Below are positions 40,210-50,717 of a DNA stretch of 64,000 bases, piece after piece. Made by a program: the position numbers and the translations under genes. Source of the stretch: an uncultured Candidatus Saccharibacteria bacterium (GTDB lineage Bacteria; Patescibacteriota; Saccharimonadia; Saccharimonadales; UBA4665); NCBI GenBank assembly GCA_903840315.1, contig CAIMFK010000012.1, forward strand, positions 16,186-80,185, written 5' to 3'. The notes under the pieces are model-generated. The model worked only from the letters and a program-made list of their open reading frames with translations, was not told the origin of the DNA and ran no database searches. Every line of letters starts with the position of its first letter. The first letter of the stretch is position 1.

Positions 40210-40756
40210 GCTTAAAACTTCTTCTGTGAAGGTCGGTCAATCCATATTTATTGAGAGCTTCAAGATGCTGTTTTGTTCCATAGCCAACATTTTTTTCAAA
40301 GCCGTAATCAGGATAAAGGACGGATTGTTCTTCCATAAATTGATCCCTTGCTACTTTAGCAATAATAGACGCTGCACTTACTGATGGAATCAGAAGGTCA
40401 GCTTTTATTAAAGTTTCTACATTATCAAAATCTTCAAGAAAATTATAATTACCATCTATGATTATTTTCTGATATTCAATATTAATCATTTCAACAGCAC
40501 GTTTCATAGCTAAAGAGACAGATTTCGTAAGACCAAGCAAATCAATTTCTTGGGAACTTACCCAGCCTATGCCATAGCTTTTTGCAGTTATTAAAATATC
40601 ATTAGAAAGTTTAGATCTCTTATTGGCAGAAAGTAACTTTGAGTCAGTGAGGCCCTCTATTTGGTCATTAAGTATTACTGCGGCAGCAACCAAAGGACCA
40701 GCCCAAGAGCCACGTCCAACTTCATCAATGCCAACTATCAAATCCATTGAGGACAT
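40190..40756 (-). CDS. rnhB: Ribonuclease HII
   Basis: 188 aa, GIDEVGRGSWAGPLV, DSK, SAASIIAK motifs. 3-prime end overlaps the pepN 3-prime end by 20 nt (convergent). Confidence 0.93.
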   Translation of the reverse strand: MSSMDLIVGIDEVGRGSWAGPLVAAAVILNDQIEGLTDSKLLSANKRSKLSNDILITAKSYGIGWVSSQEIDLLGLTKSVSLAMKRAVEMINIEYQKIIIDGNYNFLEDFDNVETLIKADLLIPSVSAASIIAKVARDQFMEEQSVLYPDYGFEKNVGYGTKQHLEALNKYGLTDLHRRSFKPMSLVF

Positions 40757-40777
40757 GATAACAGAATAGTGATTATA

Positions 40778-41215
40778 TTATTCAGTTTCAGTTGAAGTAG
40801 TGGCTTCAACTTTTTCTGATTCTACTTCAGGTTCTTTTTCTGCAACAGTGTTGACTGCAGCACTATCGAAATCTTTACCGCTCAATCGAGCAGCTTTTCC
40901 AGTTCTGTTTCTCATGTAAGACAAATAGTTTCTTCTGACAGCACTTCTTTTAGTAACTTCAATCTTAATAACACTAGGGCTATTTAAAAGGAAGCTTTTC
41001 TCCACACCTATTCCACTTGCGATTCGACGTACTGTAATTCGGCTGGTATGGCTACCCTTACGATCGGTTCTAATGACTAATCCTTGGAAGATCTGGACTC
41101 TTTCCTTGGCACCTTCACGTATTTTTTGATGAACCTTAACAGTGTCACCGCTTTTAACGTTAACAACTGCGTGCTTTTTAAATTGTTCGTTTATTTGTTG
41201 AATAACAGATTGCAT
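40778..41215 (-). CDS. rplS: 50S ribosomal protein L19 (acidic C-terminal tail)
   Basis: 145 aa, GD.V.VH.KI.EG.KERVQ.F.G.VI...G. Confidence 0.95.
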   Translation of the reverse strand: MQSVIQQINEQFKKHAVVNVKSGDTVKVHQKIREGAKERVQIFQGLVIRTDRKGSHTSRITVRRIASGIGVEKSFLLNSPSVIKIEVTKRSAVRRNYLSYMRNRTGKAARLSGKDFDSAAVNTVAEKEPEVESEKVEATTSTETE

Positions 41216-41224
41216 AATCAGATA

Positions 41225-41253
41225 ATTTTAACCTACTCTGGCATTTTATGCAA
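41225..41253 (-). promoter_or_regulatory. rplS promoter TTGCAT-17 nt-TAAAAT, -10 only 9 nt from the ATG
   Basis: -35 at 41253-41248, -10 at 41230-41225. No SD. Confidence 0.55.
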
Positions 41254-41295
41254 GCATTTATTAATAATACTTAAGTCGTGTATACTACTTGATTA

Positions 41296-42429
41296 ATGGA
41301 TTATAATAAAAAATCTTTAGAGGAACACAAAAAACTAAAGGGCAAGATTGAAATATCTCTGAAGGATAATCTTGATTCCGTTGATAAATTAAGTATCTAT
41401 TATACCCCTGGAGTTGCAGCTGTTAGTCAACATATAGCAGATAATCCAGAAGAAGCTAAGAATTATACCTGGACAAATAATAATGTAGCTGTAATAAGTG
41501 ATGGTTCTGCAGTTCTAGGGCTCGGCAATATTGGACCAAAAGCCGCCTTACCTGTCATGGAAGGTAAAGCGATGCTATTTAAGAAATTCGCAAATATTGA
41601 TGCTATTCCTATCGTTCTCGATGTTCATACAGTTGATGAAATTATAAACACTGTTAAAGCTATTGCTCCAAGTTTTGGAGGAATTAACTTAGAAGACATC
41701 GCTGCGCCACAGTGTTTTGAAATAGAAAAAAGACTTATCGATGATCTCAACATTCCAATCATGCATGACGATCAACACGGGACAGCAATTGTAGTTCTAG
41801 CAGGACTAATAAATTCATTGAAAGTACTAAATAAGGACATAAATAAATCAAAAATTGTTGTTGCTGGAAGTGGCGCCGCTGGTACAGCAATAATAGAATT
41901 ATTAAATGCCTATGCCAATCCTGAAATAATTGCGGTTGATTCAGTAGGAATAATAAGTAGTAGCAGGCAGGATTTGAATAATGAAAAGTTGAAACTGCTC
42001 AATATTACAAATAAAAATTATCTTAATGGAAATATAAATGATGCTCTAAAAAATGCAGATGTGTTTATCGGAGTATCTAAACCTAATATAATTAATGCTG
42101 AGATCATCAAGTCTATGAACAAAGATCCTATAATATTTGCCATGGCTAATCCTATTCCTGAAATAATGCCAGAGCTAGCTCTGCAAGCAGGTGCAGCTAT
42201 CGTAGCTACTGGAAGAAGTGATTTTCCCAATCAAATAAATAACGCTTTAGTATTTCCTGGAATTTTTAGGGGCGCGCTAGACAACAATGTTAGAAAGATC
42301 ACTACTGAGCATAAGCTTAAAACTGCTGAAGTTATAGCATCATTAGTAGCAAATCCAACCCGAGACAAAATCATCCCTCCAATAGATCATTCTAATTTAG
42401 TTTCTATCATCTCAAAAGTGATAGTTTAA
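41296..42429 (+). CDS. NAD(P)-dependent malic enzyme (short form)
   Basis: 377 aa, [52 protein letters not shown]. Confidence 0.93.
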   Translation: MDYNKKSLEEHKKLKGKIEISLKDNLDSVDKLSIYYTPGVAAVSQHIADNPEEAKNYTWTNNNVAVISDGSAVLGLGNIGPKAALPVMEGKAMLFKKFANIDAIPIVLDVHTVDEIINTVKAIAPSFGGINLEDIAAPQCFEIEKRLIDDLNIPIMHDDQHGTAIVVLAGLINSLKVLNKDINKSKIVVAGSGAAGTAIIELLNAYANPEIIAVDSVGIISSSRQDLNNEKLKLLNITNKNYLNGNINDALKNADVFIGVSKPNIINAEIIKSMNKDPIIFAMANPIPEIMPELALQAGAAIVATGRSDFPNQINNALVFPGIFRGALDNNVRKITTEHKLKTAEVIASLVANPTRDKIIPPIDHSNLVSIISKVIV

Positions 42430-44030
42430 TAGTCGACGACTCTATAGACTTCTTCAATTGAAGTTATTCCGGAGCAGACTTTCAAGATACCATCCTGCAA
42501 CATTGTGAGCATTCCATCCTCAATTGCTTTTTCCTCAATAAGTTCAGTTGTGATTTGTGAAGGATCCATTTTTAACACTTGTTGTACGCTTTTAGTCATT
42601 CTCAATTGTTCTCTAAGTGCTAATTGGCCACTGTATCCAAAAGGATTCTCAGCCGATTGCCCAGCCCTATAAAGAGTTATATTATCTACATCTGGTTTTG
42701 GATAGCCATCTGGAATTTTTGAAATAATCAATTTCAAATGAGATTTGAGATTTTCGTCAGGCTTATATCCGATTTTAGATCTATCATCTAGTCTTCTTAT
42801 TAATCTCTGAGCCATAATTAACCTTATAGCAGATGCAAAAAGTGGATTAATGCCAATCATATCAACCATTCTAGTTAATGCAGCTGAAGAAGAGGATGCG
42901 TGAAAGGTGCTCATAACTAAGTGCCCTGTTAGAGCTGCCTGAAGAGAAGTTTTAGCGGTATCCTGATCTCTAATCTCTCCAACCATAATTACATCGGGAT
43001 CAAGTCTCAAAACCGCCCGAAGTTTGTCTGCAAAACCTGATTTGGATTGATCACCAGCGACAGGAATTTGTACAATTCCATTTATCAAATATTCTATAGG
43101 ATCCTCAAGGGTTAATATTTTTCGTTCATCATTATTTAATGTATTTATAAGTGAATATAGTGTGGTAGTTTTACCCGAACCGGTGGGTCCAACAACCAAG
43201 ACTAGTCCGGTAGGATGCCGAATAATATCGTCAACTACAGACCTTTCCTTGTCGGATAGACCAAGCTTATTTAAATCGAGCATTTCCATAGTGGTATTGA
43301 ATACTCTCATAACCACGTCTTGACCATATGCAGTAGGCACGACTTCAACTCTTAAATTTACGTTAACAGTCTCTCCCGTAGCCAAAGTATAGGATCTATT
43401 AATGTGACCAGACTGCGGCTCAGGATCCTGAGTAGAAACGTTAGCCGCTATTGCTATTGAGCTAATAACTTGCCTATATTTTTCGGTAGATAGATTGGCT
43501 ATTGAATGCAAAACCCCATCAACCCTGAATCTTATCCTGAGACCATCTTTTTGATTTTCAAGATGTATATCAGAGGCTTTAAGTGTATATGCTTGTTGAA
43601 CAAGATAGGCAAGAATATCATCGGATTTAACAGTACTTAAAGTAGCAGAGATTGTCTGAACTAATTGTTGTGTATTTTCAGAACTCAATTTTATATCTTG
43701 GTATACAATTTTTTTCTCGGGAAAATACAATTTGTAGTAATCCCTATATCCCGAATCAGAAATTATGGCGAATGACACTCTCTGATCTGTAAAACGATTA
43801 GTTAAATCGGTTAGAGTCTGTTTGGATGTTGATGTGGTTATGCCAAATAAAATATTACTTCTATCAACTCTTATAGGGATAATCTTTAGATTTTTAATTT
43901 CATCGGGAGATAAGATTTCCGGATATAATGGTTTTTCATCAAGTAAAGATGTGTCAATGTATTGCATTCCTATAAGACGGGAACGCTTCTCTGTTTGCTG
44001 TTCTTCGTCTCTTCTAAAATCATCGCTCAT
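42426..44030 (-). CDS. Type II/IV secretion-family ATPase (PilB/GspE-like)
   Basis: 534 aa, T2SSE N-terminal domain, Walker A GPTGSGKTTT, Asp box, Walker B VIMVGEIRD, His box STFHA. The tetracysteine motif is absent. Confidence 0.9.
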   Translation of the reverse strand: MSDDFRRDEEQQTEKRSRLIGMQYIDTSLLDEKPLYPEILSPDEIKNLKIIPIRVDRSNILFGITTSTSKQTLTDLTNRFTDQRVSFAIISDSGYRDYYKLYFPEKKIVYQDIKLSSENTQQLVQTISATLSTVKSDDILAYLVQQAYTLKASDIHLENQKDGLRIRFRVDGVLHSIANLSTEKYRQVISSIAIAANVSTQDPEPQSGHINRSYTLATGETVNVNLRVEVVPTAYGQDVVMRVFNTTMEMLDLNKLGLSDKERSVVDDIIRHPTGLVLVVGPTGSGKTTTLYSLINTLNNDERKILTLEDPIEYLINGIVQIPVAGDQSKSGFADKLRAVLRLDPDVIMVGEIRDQDTAKTSLQAALTGHLVMSTFHASSSSAALTRMVDMIGINPLFASAIRLIMAQRLIRRLDDRSKIGYKPDENLKSHLKLIISKIPDGYPKPDVDNITLYRAGQSAENPFGYSGQLALREQLRMTKSVQQVLKMDPSQITTELIEEKAIEDGMLTMLQDGILKVCSGITSIEEVYRVVDY

Positions 44031-44089
44031 GGAATTTATTATACATTAGCATTATGACTTTAGCTTGCCATATTCTATAGTATTCGATT

Positions 44090-44587
44090 ATGAGAAAGAT
44101 AATTCTAGTCATAAATGATATAAGAAGCACTCATAATGTGGGTGCTTTATTAAGAACTGCAGATGCTATGGGCGTTGAGAAAGTTATATTCAGCGGATAT
44201 TCTCCATATCCAAGAATAATTGGGGACTCAAGACTTCCGCATATCATAAATAAACTGACTAAGGAAATAAGCAAAACTGCCTTGGGAGCGGAAGTATATA
44301 TTGAATTTGAATATACTGATGATATATTGGCAACACTAAAAGAGTTAAAGAAATTTAACTATTCAATAATATCGCTTGAACAATCAAAAAAATCTATAGA
44401 TATTAACGAATTCATCCCGCCAAATCAATGCGTATTAGTTATCGGCAATGAACTTAATGGAGTGGATGAAAATATAATGAATATTTCAGATGACATTATA
44501 GAAATTCCTATGCTTGGAAAAAAGGAGTCTCTAAATGTTGCATCGGCAACTGCTATAGCTTTGCATCTCATGAGGTACAAAAATTAA
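44090..44587 (+). CDS. SpoU/TrmH-family RNA 2-prime-O-methyltransferase
   Basis: 165 aa, HNVGALLRTADA, LVIGNELNG, IPMLGKKESLNVA.A.AIAL. Confidence 0.85.
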   Translation: MRKIILVINDIRSTHNVGALLRTADAMGVEKVIFSGYSPYPRIIGDSRLPHIINKLTKEISKTALGAEVYIEFEYTDDILATLKELKKFNYSIISLEQSKKSIDINEFIPPNQCVLVIGNELNGVDENIMNISDDIIEIPMLGKKESLNVASATAIALHLMRYKN

Positions 44588-44614
44588 TAATGTTTATGCT
44601 ACAATAATATTATT

Positions 44615-45532
44615 ATGGCTAAAGCCAGTAAACATAAAAAAACACCAACAAAACATAAAAGAAAAGGTTTGCACCAAAAAAGAACCAATATATTTATGAA
44701 AACATATTGGCCCTATCTTCCAATGATTGGAATTATAGGTATTGGACTTGTAATAAATTTTTTTATAAGCAAACCAAATAGTTCAGTTCTAGGTTCACAT
44801 TCATCAATAGATTCAAGCCAGTTGTTAATTCAGGCTAATAAAGCAAGAGAATCTAACAATGCAAAAAATTTAGAGCTTAATTCAGACTTAAACAGTGCTG
44901 CGGAACAAAAAGCAAATGATATAGTGAAAAATAATTATTGGAATCATGTATCCAAAGATGGAACTACGCCTTGGCAATTAATAAGTTCCACAGGGTTAAA
45001 ATATGGTGAAGCAGGTGAAAATCTTGCATACGGATTTAATACAAGTAATGACGTAATAATTGGTTGGATGAACAGCAAAGAGCATAGAGACAATCTCCTA
45101 AATAAATCCTTTACCATGACAGGAATTGGAATAGCTACAAGTGACAATTTCATGGGCAAAGGAAAACAAACAATTGTTGTTGAGCTTTATGCCTCACCCA
45201 ATAATGGACAATCAGTGACAGCGGGAGGTCAGTCCACAAATGGAACATTTTACAAATCTGATATCAACAATATTTCAATGAGTAATATATCTCAAAGTAT
45301 TTCTAGAATTCAGGTTATCACAAAAGGTGGAGCCCCATGGAGTCTATATTATGGAACAATAATAGCTACTATATTGGGAACTATATTTGTTATTAAGCAC
45401 GGTAAATCTTGGCACAAAGCTTTAGTTAAAAGTGAGGCTTTCATTATTAAGCACCCTATGCTGGATAGTGTAGCTGTTGGTTTAATTATGATAGATTTTG
45501 TCCTGTCACATTCAATTGGAACTATTCTTTAA
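44615..45532 (+). CDS. CAP/SCP (YkwD-like) domain protein with N- and C-terminal TM segments
   Basis: 305 aa. TM near residues 30-50. CAP core NSAAEQKANDIV...WNH...GENLAYG...GWMNS.EHR.N.L. Hydrophobic C-terminal segments. Confidence 0.8.
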   Translation: MAKASKHKKTPTKHKRKGLHQKRTNIFMKTYWPYLPMIGIIGIGLVINFFISKPNSSVLGSHSSIDSSQLLIQANKARESNNAKNLELNSDLNSAAEQKANDIVKNNYWNHVSKDGTTPWQLISSTGLKYGEAGENLAYGFNTSNDVIIGWMNSKEHRDNLLNKSFTMTGIGIATSDNFMGKGKQTIVVELYASPNNGQSVTAGGQSTNGTFYKSDINNISMSNISQSISRIQVITKGGAPWSLYYGTIIATILGTIFVIKHGKSWHKALVKSEAFIIKHPMLDSVAVGLIMIDFVLSHSIGTIL

Positions 45533-45533
45533 T

Positions 45534-48500
45534 CTATTTAACGGCTAGATTTTCTTCGCCAACCAAGCTTCTTAGCTTACTCAATATTTCATCTGTTCCA
45601 TGAACCTTAACAGGAAGCCTAATTGCTTTACGTCCTTCGCCCTCTCCAATAACTATTACAACTTCTGTGTCTCCAGCATTGTCATCAATTACATCCTTTA
45701 ATTGCTGTAATTTTTTAGCATCAGATGAATCTGTGAATTTTATATATAAAGATTTGGTTGTACTATCTACTATCTTCTCCTCTCTTATATACTCACTATC
45801 TTTAGGTATGTTAGCAGCTTTATCTACAGAAAATTTTAATTCACCATTTCTGCTATTAACCTTACCAGCAACCTTGACTACCTTGTCTTTGACCCAAAAT
45901 GATTCGGTATCTTTGAGTGTTTTTGGAAATAGAACTAATTCTATTGATCCGGTTAAATCCTCTAAAATAACAAAAGCCATTTTTGAACCGTTTCGAGTAT
46001 TTATTTTTCTTATATCAGCAATCATGCCCCCAATAATGATATCTTTATCTGGATTTTCCTCTAATTTAGCAATATTGACTGTTTTGTCTTCTAAATAATT
46101 TTTATAGTCATCAAGTGGGTGTTGAGTTAAGTAAATTCCAAGTAATTCTCTTTCCCATGCTAATTGATTTGACGGATTAGGAGTGTAATTTAATTTATCC
46201 AGTCTTAGAGTAGAGGTCGAGGAATTAACTTCAGTTCCAAATAAATCGATTTGACCATTTTCCTGTTCTTTTCTAGACCTTACAGCAAATGCCATTAGGT
46301 TATCTATATTGTGAAGAAGAAGTTCTCTTGATTCGAATTTATCAAAAGCCCCTGCTTTAATTAAACTTTCAACATTTTTTCTATTGATTGCTCTTGGATT
46401 TATTTGCCCAAAAAAATCATCTAAGGTTTCAAAGTTTCCTTTATCTTCGCGTAATTTCAGAATCTCCTCAACGGCATTTGATCCAACATTTTTAATGGCT
46501 AACATTCCAAACCTAATTTTGTCCTTGTCTCCTTTGACTATAGCGAACTCAAGAAAAGACTCATTTATATCTGGCTGCAATACTTCTATACCCATTTTTT
46601 GACATTCACTAATTTCGATACTCAATCTGTCGGTATCGTCATAATCGCTGGTCATTAAGGCTGCCATGAATGCAGCAGGGTAATGTGCTTTAAGATAGGC
46701 TGTTTGATATGCAATAAGTCCATAACATGCAGCGTGACTTTTGTTGAAACAATAGGCTGCGAAATCCTCTAGTTGCTTCCAGAACTTCTCCATGAATTTT
46801 TTATCAATTCCGGAAGTTTTAAGTGCACCATCAATCATTTTATCTTTCATTTGAGCCATGAGTTTTGCGTTCTTTTTTCCTATTGCTTTTCTCAAGGTGT
46901 CAGCATCACCACCACTAAACCCTGCGACTTCTTTAGAAATCTGCATAACCTGCTCTTGATAAACTAATACACCGTAAGTGTTCTTGAGTGCACTTTCCAT
47001 TTTCGGATGCGGGTATGCGATCTTCTTTTTGCCATGTTTTCTTTCAATGAAATCATCAATGAATTGCATTGGACCAGGCCTATAAAGTGCAACCATGGCA
47101 ACAATATCTTCGAATTCCGATGGCACTAATTCTTTTAAATACCTTTTCATTCCGGCAGATTCAAATTGGAATACTCCTGTCGTATCTCCTCGGGCCAGTA
47201 GTTCAAAAGTTTCTTTATCATCCAAAGGAATATGATCAATGTTTATAACTTCACCGTAAACTTTCTTAATTGTTCTAAGGGCGTTATTTATAATTGTAAG
47301 GTTAGATAGGCCAAGAAAATCCATTTTAAGAAGGCCCAATTCTTCAATTGGGTTCATTGAATATTGAGTAGCTATTACACCTTTTTGGGCCATTTCTAGA
47401 GGGGAATATTTCACAATATCCTCAGGTGCTATAACCACTCCAGCAGCATGGACCCCATGACTTCTAATGGTGCCTTCTAGCTGAACTGCCAAATCAAATA
47501 TTTTTTTAGTATTTTTGTTATGATCATATTCATTTTTGAGTTCAGCATTTTCCACTAGATGAACCGCCAAAGGAGTGTGTCTACCCTGAATAGGTGGAGG
47601 AATCATTTTAGCTAATCTATCTGCCTCTGCATAAGGAATCTCGAGAACTCTTGAAACATCTCTAATTGCGTTTCTAGCAGCCATCCTACCAAAAGTTACA
47701 ATATTTGCCACTCTATCTTTTCCATACTTCTTTACGCAATATTGAATAACTTCATCTCTTCTTGAATCCTGAATATCTATGTCAATATCTGGCATTGATA
47801 TTCTGTCTGGGTTCAAAAAACGCTCAAATAGGAGGTCATATTTTAATGGATCAAGTTCAGTAATTTTTAGCGCAAAAGCAATTATTGAGCCTGCTGCACT
47901 TCCTCTACCTGGACCAAAAACAATACCTTCATTTTTGCCCCAATTGATAAAATCGGCAATGATCAAAAAATATCCATTGAATCCCATTGAATCAATGACT
48001 CCAAGTTCATACTCAGCTCGTTCGCTAGCTTCTTTCGGTAGTGTTTTTTTAGCCTGTTCAACTGTTAACTTAGCTGATTCTCTTTCTGTTTTTCCACCAT
48101 AACGATATGCGAGCCCTCGGTAAACATTTTCAATTAAATAGCTTTTTTCAGTTTTGCCTTCAGGAACATCAAATTTAGGAATTAGTATGTCTCCAAGTTT
48201 AATCTCTACTGAACAACGATCTGCAATTTTCTTAGTATTTGAGATAAGCTCTGGATAATCATCACCCCACCGATCTATAACTTCCAAAGGATCTGTAACA
48301 TTTAATTCAAAATCTTTTAGGGACATTCTCTTTTCATCACTCAAAAAACTACCTGTCTGAACACAAAGTAATATTTCGTGAGCAGTTTCATCTTTTTTTC
48401 TTAAATAGTGGGCATCACTGGTTAGCACGCATTCAATATTTAATTCCTTAGCGAGTTTTAGGGCATGTTTCGTTACCTCGACTTGCTCGTCCCATTTGGC

Positions 48501-49061
48501 TGGATGTTTTGGATGACCATGGTCTTGTATTTCAATATAATATCTATCGCCAAATATTTTTTTATACCAGGCAGCCACTTCTTTAGCTTGATCATATTGA
48601 TTCTGTCTTAATAAATCTCCAACTTCACCACCAATGCATCCACTAAGAACTATTAGTCCTTCACCATATTTTTCTAATAGCTTATGATCAATTCTTGGTT
48701 TGTAATAAAATCCATCAAGGTTTGCGATAGTAGATAATCGCATTAGGTTTTCATAGCCTTTATTATTCATGGCCAAGAGAATTAGGTGAAAGTTGGGCTT
48801 GTCTATAAGAGCTTCTTTATCGAGATGTGTTCTGGCTGCAATATATGTCTCCATGCCTATAATTGGCTTGATGCCTTTTGCTGCAGCTTCTTTATAAAAT
48901 TCAATTGCACCAGAAAGAGTTCCATGATCAGTAATAGCTACTGCCGTCATAGATTTCTCTTCAATATATTCCATCAAAGCAGGTACTTTGGTCAACCCAT
49001 CCAATAAGCTATATTGAGTATGATTATGCAAATGTACATAATCAGAAGCTTTCAATTTCAC
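45534..49061 (-). CDS. dnaE: DNA polymerase III alpha subunit
   Basis: 1175 aa, PHP domain HLHNHTQYSLLDG, palm/fingers, OB fold. GTG start with AGAGGG 9 nt upstream. Confidence 0.97.
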   Translation of the reverse strand: MKLKASDYVHLHNHTQYSLLDGLTKVPALMEYIEEKSMTAVAITDHGTLSGAIEFYKEAAAKGIKPIIGMETYIAARTHLDKEALIDKPNFHLILLAMNNKGYENLMRLSTIANLDGFYYKPRIDHKLLEKYGEGLIVLSGCIGGEVGDLLRQNQYDQAKEVAAWYKKIFGDRYYIEIQDHGHPKHPAKWDEQVEVTKHALKLAKELNIECVLTSDAHYLRKKDETAHEILLCVQTGSFLSDEKRMSLKDFELNVTDPLEVIDRWGDDYPELISNTKKIADRCSVEIKLGDILIPKFDVPEGKTEKSYLIENVYRGLAYRYGGKTERESAKLTVEQAKKTLPKEASERAEYELGVIDSMGFNGYFLIIADFINWGKNEGIVFGPGRGSAAGSIIAFALKITELDPLKYDLLFERFLNPDRISMPDIDIDIQDSRRDEVIQYCVKKYGKDRVANIVTFGRMAARNAIRDVSRVLEIPYAEADRLAKMIPPPIQGRHTPLAVHLVENAELKNEYDHNKNTKKIFDLAVQLEGTIRSHGVHAAGVVIAPEDIVKYSPLEMAQKGVIATQYSMNPIEELGLLKMDFLGLSNLTIINNALRTIKKVYGEVINIDHIPLDDKETFELLARGDTTGVFQFESAGMKRYLKELVPSEFEDIVAMVALYRPGPMQFIDDFIERKHGKKKIAYPHPKMESALKNTYGVLVYQEQVMQISKEVAGFSGGDADTLRKAIGKKNAKLMAQMKDKMIDGALKTSGIDKKFMEKFWKQLEDFAAYCFNKSHAACYGLIAYQTAYLKAHYPAAFMAALMTSDYDDTDRLSIEISECQKMGIEVLQPDINESFLEFAIVKGDKDKIRFGMLAIKNVGSNAVEEILKLREDKGNFETLDDFFGQINPRAINRKNVESLIKAGAFDKFESRELLLHNIDNLMAFAVRSRKEQENGQIDLFGTEVNSSTSTLRLDKLNYTPNPSNQLAWERELLGIYLTQHPLDDYKNYLEDKTVNIAKLEENPDKDIIIGGMIADIRKINTRNGSKMAFVILEDLTGSIELVLFPKTLKDTESFWVKDKVVKVAGKVNSRNGELKFSVDKAANIPKDSEYIREEKIVDSTTKSLYIKFTDSSDAKKLQQLKDVIDDNAGDTEVVIVIGEGEGRKAIRLPVKVHGTDEILSKLRSLVGEENLAVK

Positions 49062-49128
49062 AAAAAAAGACCCTCTTTGTTTATATTGTTAGAATTTATT
49101 ATAGGTCAAATTGACCAATAAATTAACC

Positions 49129-49536
49129 TTAATTATCTTTTTCTACAAAGTTTTTGAGCTTTTTAATAGATTCGTCTGCTTCTGTTATTGCCTCTTCTAA
49201 ATCGACATCAATCTTATCACCTTTTTGAAGCGCATTTATTGCAAGGTTAATTCTATGTCTAGCTTCTACTGCTACATCTAAAAGCTTTTCAAGCTCAGTT
49301 TTAGCTTTACCACGATAATTCATCCCTGTAATTTTTGCCTCAGCAAGCAATTGAGTTAATTCATTATGATAATTCTTCAATCTTTGCTCGACTTTTTTAG
49401 AATAGTTTTGAGCTGCTATTTTTACATCATCTCTTGTCTCTTTACCGCTTTTAGGTGCAGTTAATATACCGATACCGTAACCTATTACTCCAGCAATTAA
49501 TGCACTGATTGCTATTTTTCCTTTAGAGTTTGACAT
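49129..49536 (-). CDS. YtxH-like protein
   Basis: 135 aa, N-terminal TM plus APKSGKETRDD signature, then a helical region. GGAGGG SD. Confidence 0.8.
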   Translation of the reverse strand: MSNSKGKIAISALIAGVIGYGIGILTAPKSGKETRDDVKIAAQNYSKKVEQRLKNYHNELTQLLAEAKITGMNYRGKAKTELEKLLDVAVEARHRINLAINALQKGDKIDVDLEEAITEADESIKKLKNFVEKDN

Positions 49537-49537
49537 A

Positions 49538-49792
49538 TTAACCCTCCTTTTTATTTATTAATGAACTGAAAAAATTCTTAATAGCATTGGTGTAGGTTGC
49601 CGCTGTTCCAATTTTCTCCAAGGAACTTCCAATTTTTTCTGCAGATTCAGCAAAATTATTTATTTTATCTGTAATAATTTCTATTTTTTTATATAAGCCA
49701 TTAAGCCTAACTAAAGCTACTATGCCAAGAGATAAAAATACAACTAGAACTAGTGAATTTATAATTACCAACGCCTCTGTAGCAGTATTCAT
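49538..49792 (-). CDS. Small membrane protein (DUF948-like)
   Basis: 84 aa, one N-terminal TM plus a helical tail. Usual partner position upstream of YtxH. Confidence 0.6.
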   Translation of the reverse strand: MNTATEALVIINSLVLVVFLSLGIVALVRLNGLYKKIEIITDKINNFAESAEKIGSSLEKIGTAATYTNAIKNFFSSLINKKEG

Positions 49793-49819
49793 AATAAATA
49801 CTATTACATTATTTTGTGT

Positions 49820-50710
49820 CTATTGCAATAAATCTATCAAATATTTTCTGAATTCATCTTTGATATCATCGCGCTTGAGGGCAAAGTCTACTACTGTTTT
49901 TAAGTATTCTAACTTGTTGCCAGCATCATAATAAGTACCGTTCTCTATTTCTTTACCTATTATCTGCTTACCATCAGCCACCATGAGATCAAGCGCTAAG
50001 TTTGTGAATAATTCTTTTCCTGGCTCTAATTCTTGTTCGGCTTTATGTAAATATTTAAAAATATCGGGGGTAAGTAGAAATCCAGAATTAGTAGCAAGGC
50101 CTGATGGGGACTGATCTTTTCCGGGTTTTTCGACTATCCTATTAACATCTATGATTCCTGGCCTGATTTCTTTACCTCCGGCAAATCCATACCGATCATA
50201 GTCTTCGTCATTTTTGGCTTTAACCATCGACAAAATTGGGCAATTGAATTCATTATATGCATCAATCATCTGTTGAAACCTTAGGGGATCAGACACGATA
50301 AAATCATCACTCCAAGTATAAATAAATGGTTCGTCTCCAATAATATGTTCGGCATTTAAAAGCGGAGTACCAGAGCCGTATACACCCTTCTGTCGAATAT
50401 ATATAAAATTAGCTAATTCAGAAATCTCTTCTACTTCTTCAAGTAGGTGCTTTTTGCTATCCCCACCTTGCTTTAGGTTGTTGATTAGATCTTGGCTTGG
50501 CCTATCGAAATGATCTTCTATACTTCTCTTACTGTATCCAGTTACTATAACGATATCTTCTATGCCAACCTTAACGAGTTCTTCTACAACATATTGAATA
50601 ATAGGCTTATCTATTAATGGGAGCATCTCCTTAGGCATTGCTTTAGTCTGTGGCAAGAAACGAGTTCCAAATCCAGCTGCTGCAATGACCGCTTTTGTGA
50701 CTTTTTTCAT
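49820..50710 (-). CDS. galU: UTP--glucose-1-phosphate uridylyltransferase
   Basis: 296 aa, AAGFGTRFLP.TKA.PKEMLP..DKP.IQY.VEE. Confidence 0.94.
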   Translation of the reverse strand: MKKVTKAVIAAAGFGTRFLPQTKAMPKEMLPLIDKPIIQYVVEELVKVGIEDIVIVTGYSKRSIEDHFDRPSQDLINNLKQGGDSKKHLLEEVEEISELANFIYIRQKGVYGSGTPLLNAEHIIGDEPFIYTWSDDFIVSDPLRFQQMIDAYNEFNCPILSMVKAKNDEDYDRYGFAGGKEIRPGIIDVNRIVEKPGKDQSPSGLATNSGFLLTPDIFKYLHKAEQELEPGKELFTNLALDLMVADGKQIIGKEIENGTYYDAGNKLEYLKTVVDFALKRDDIKDEFRKYLIDLLQ

Positions 50711-50717
50711 GCTTATA

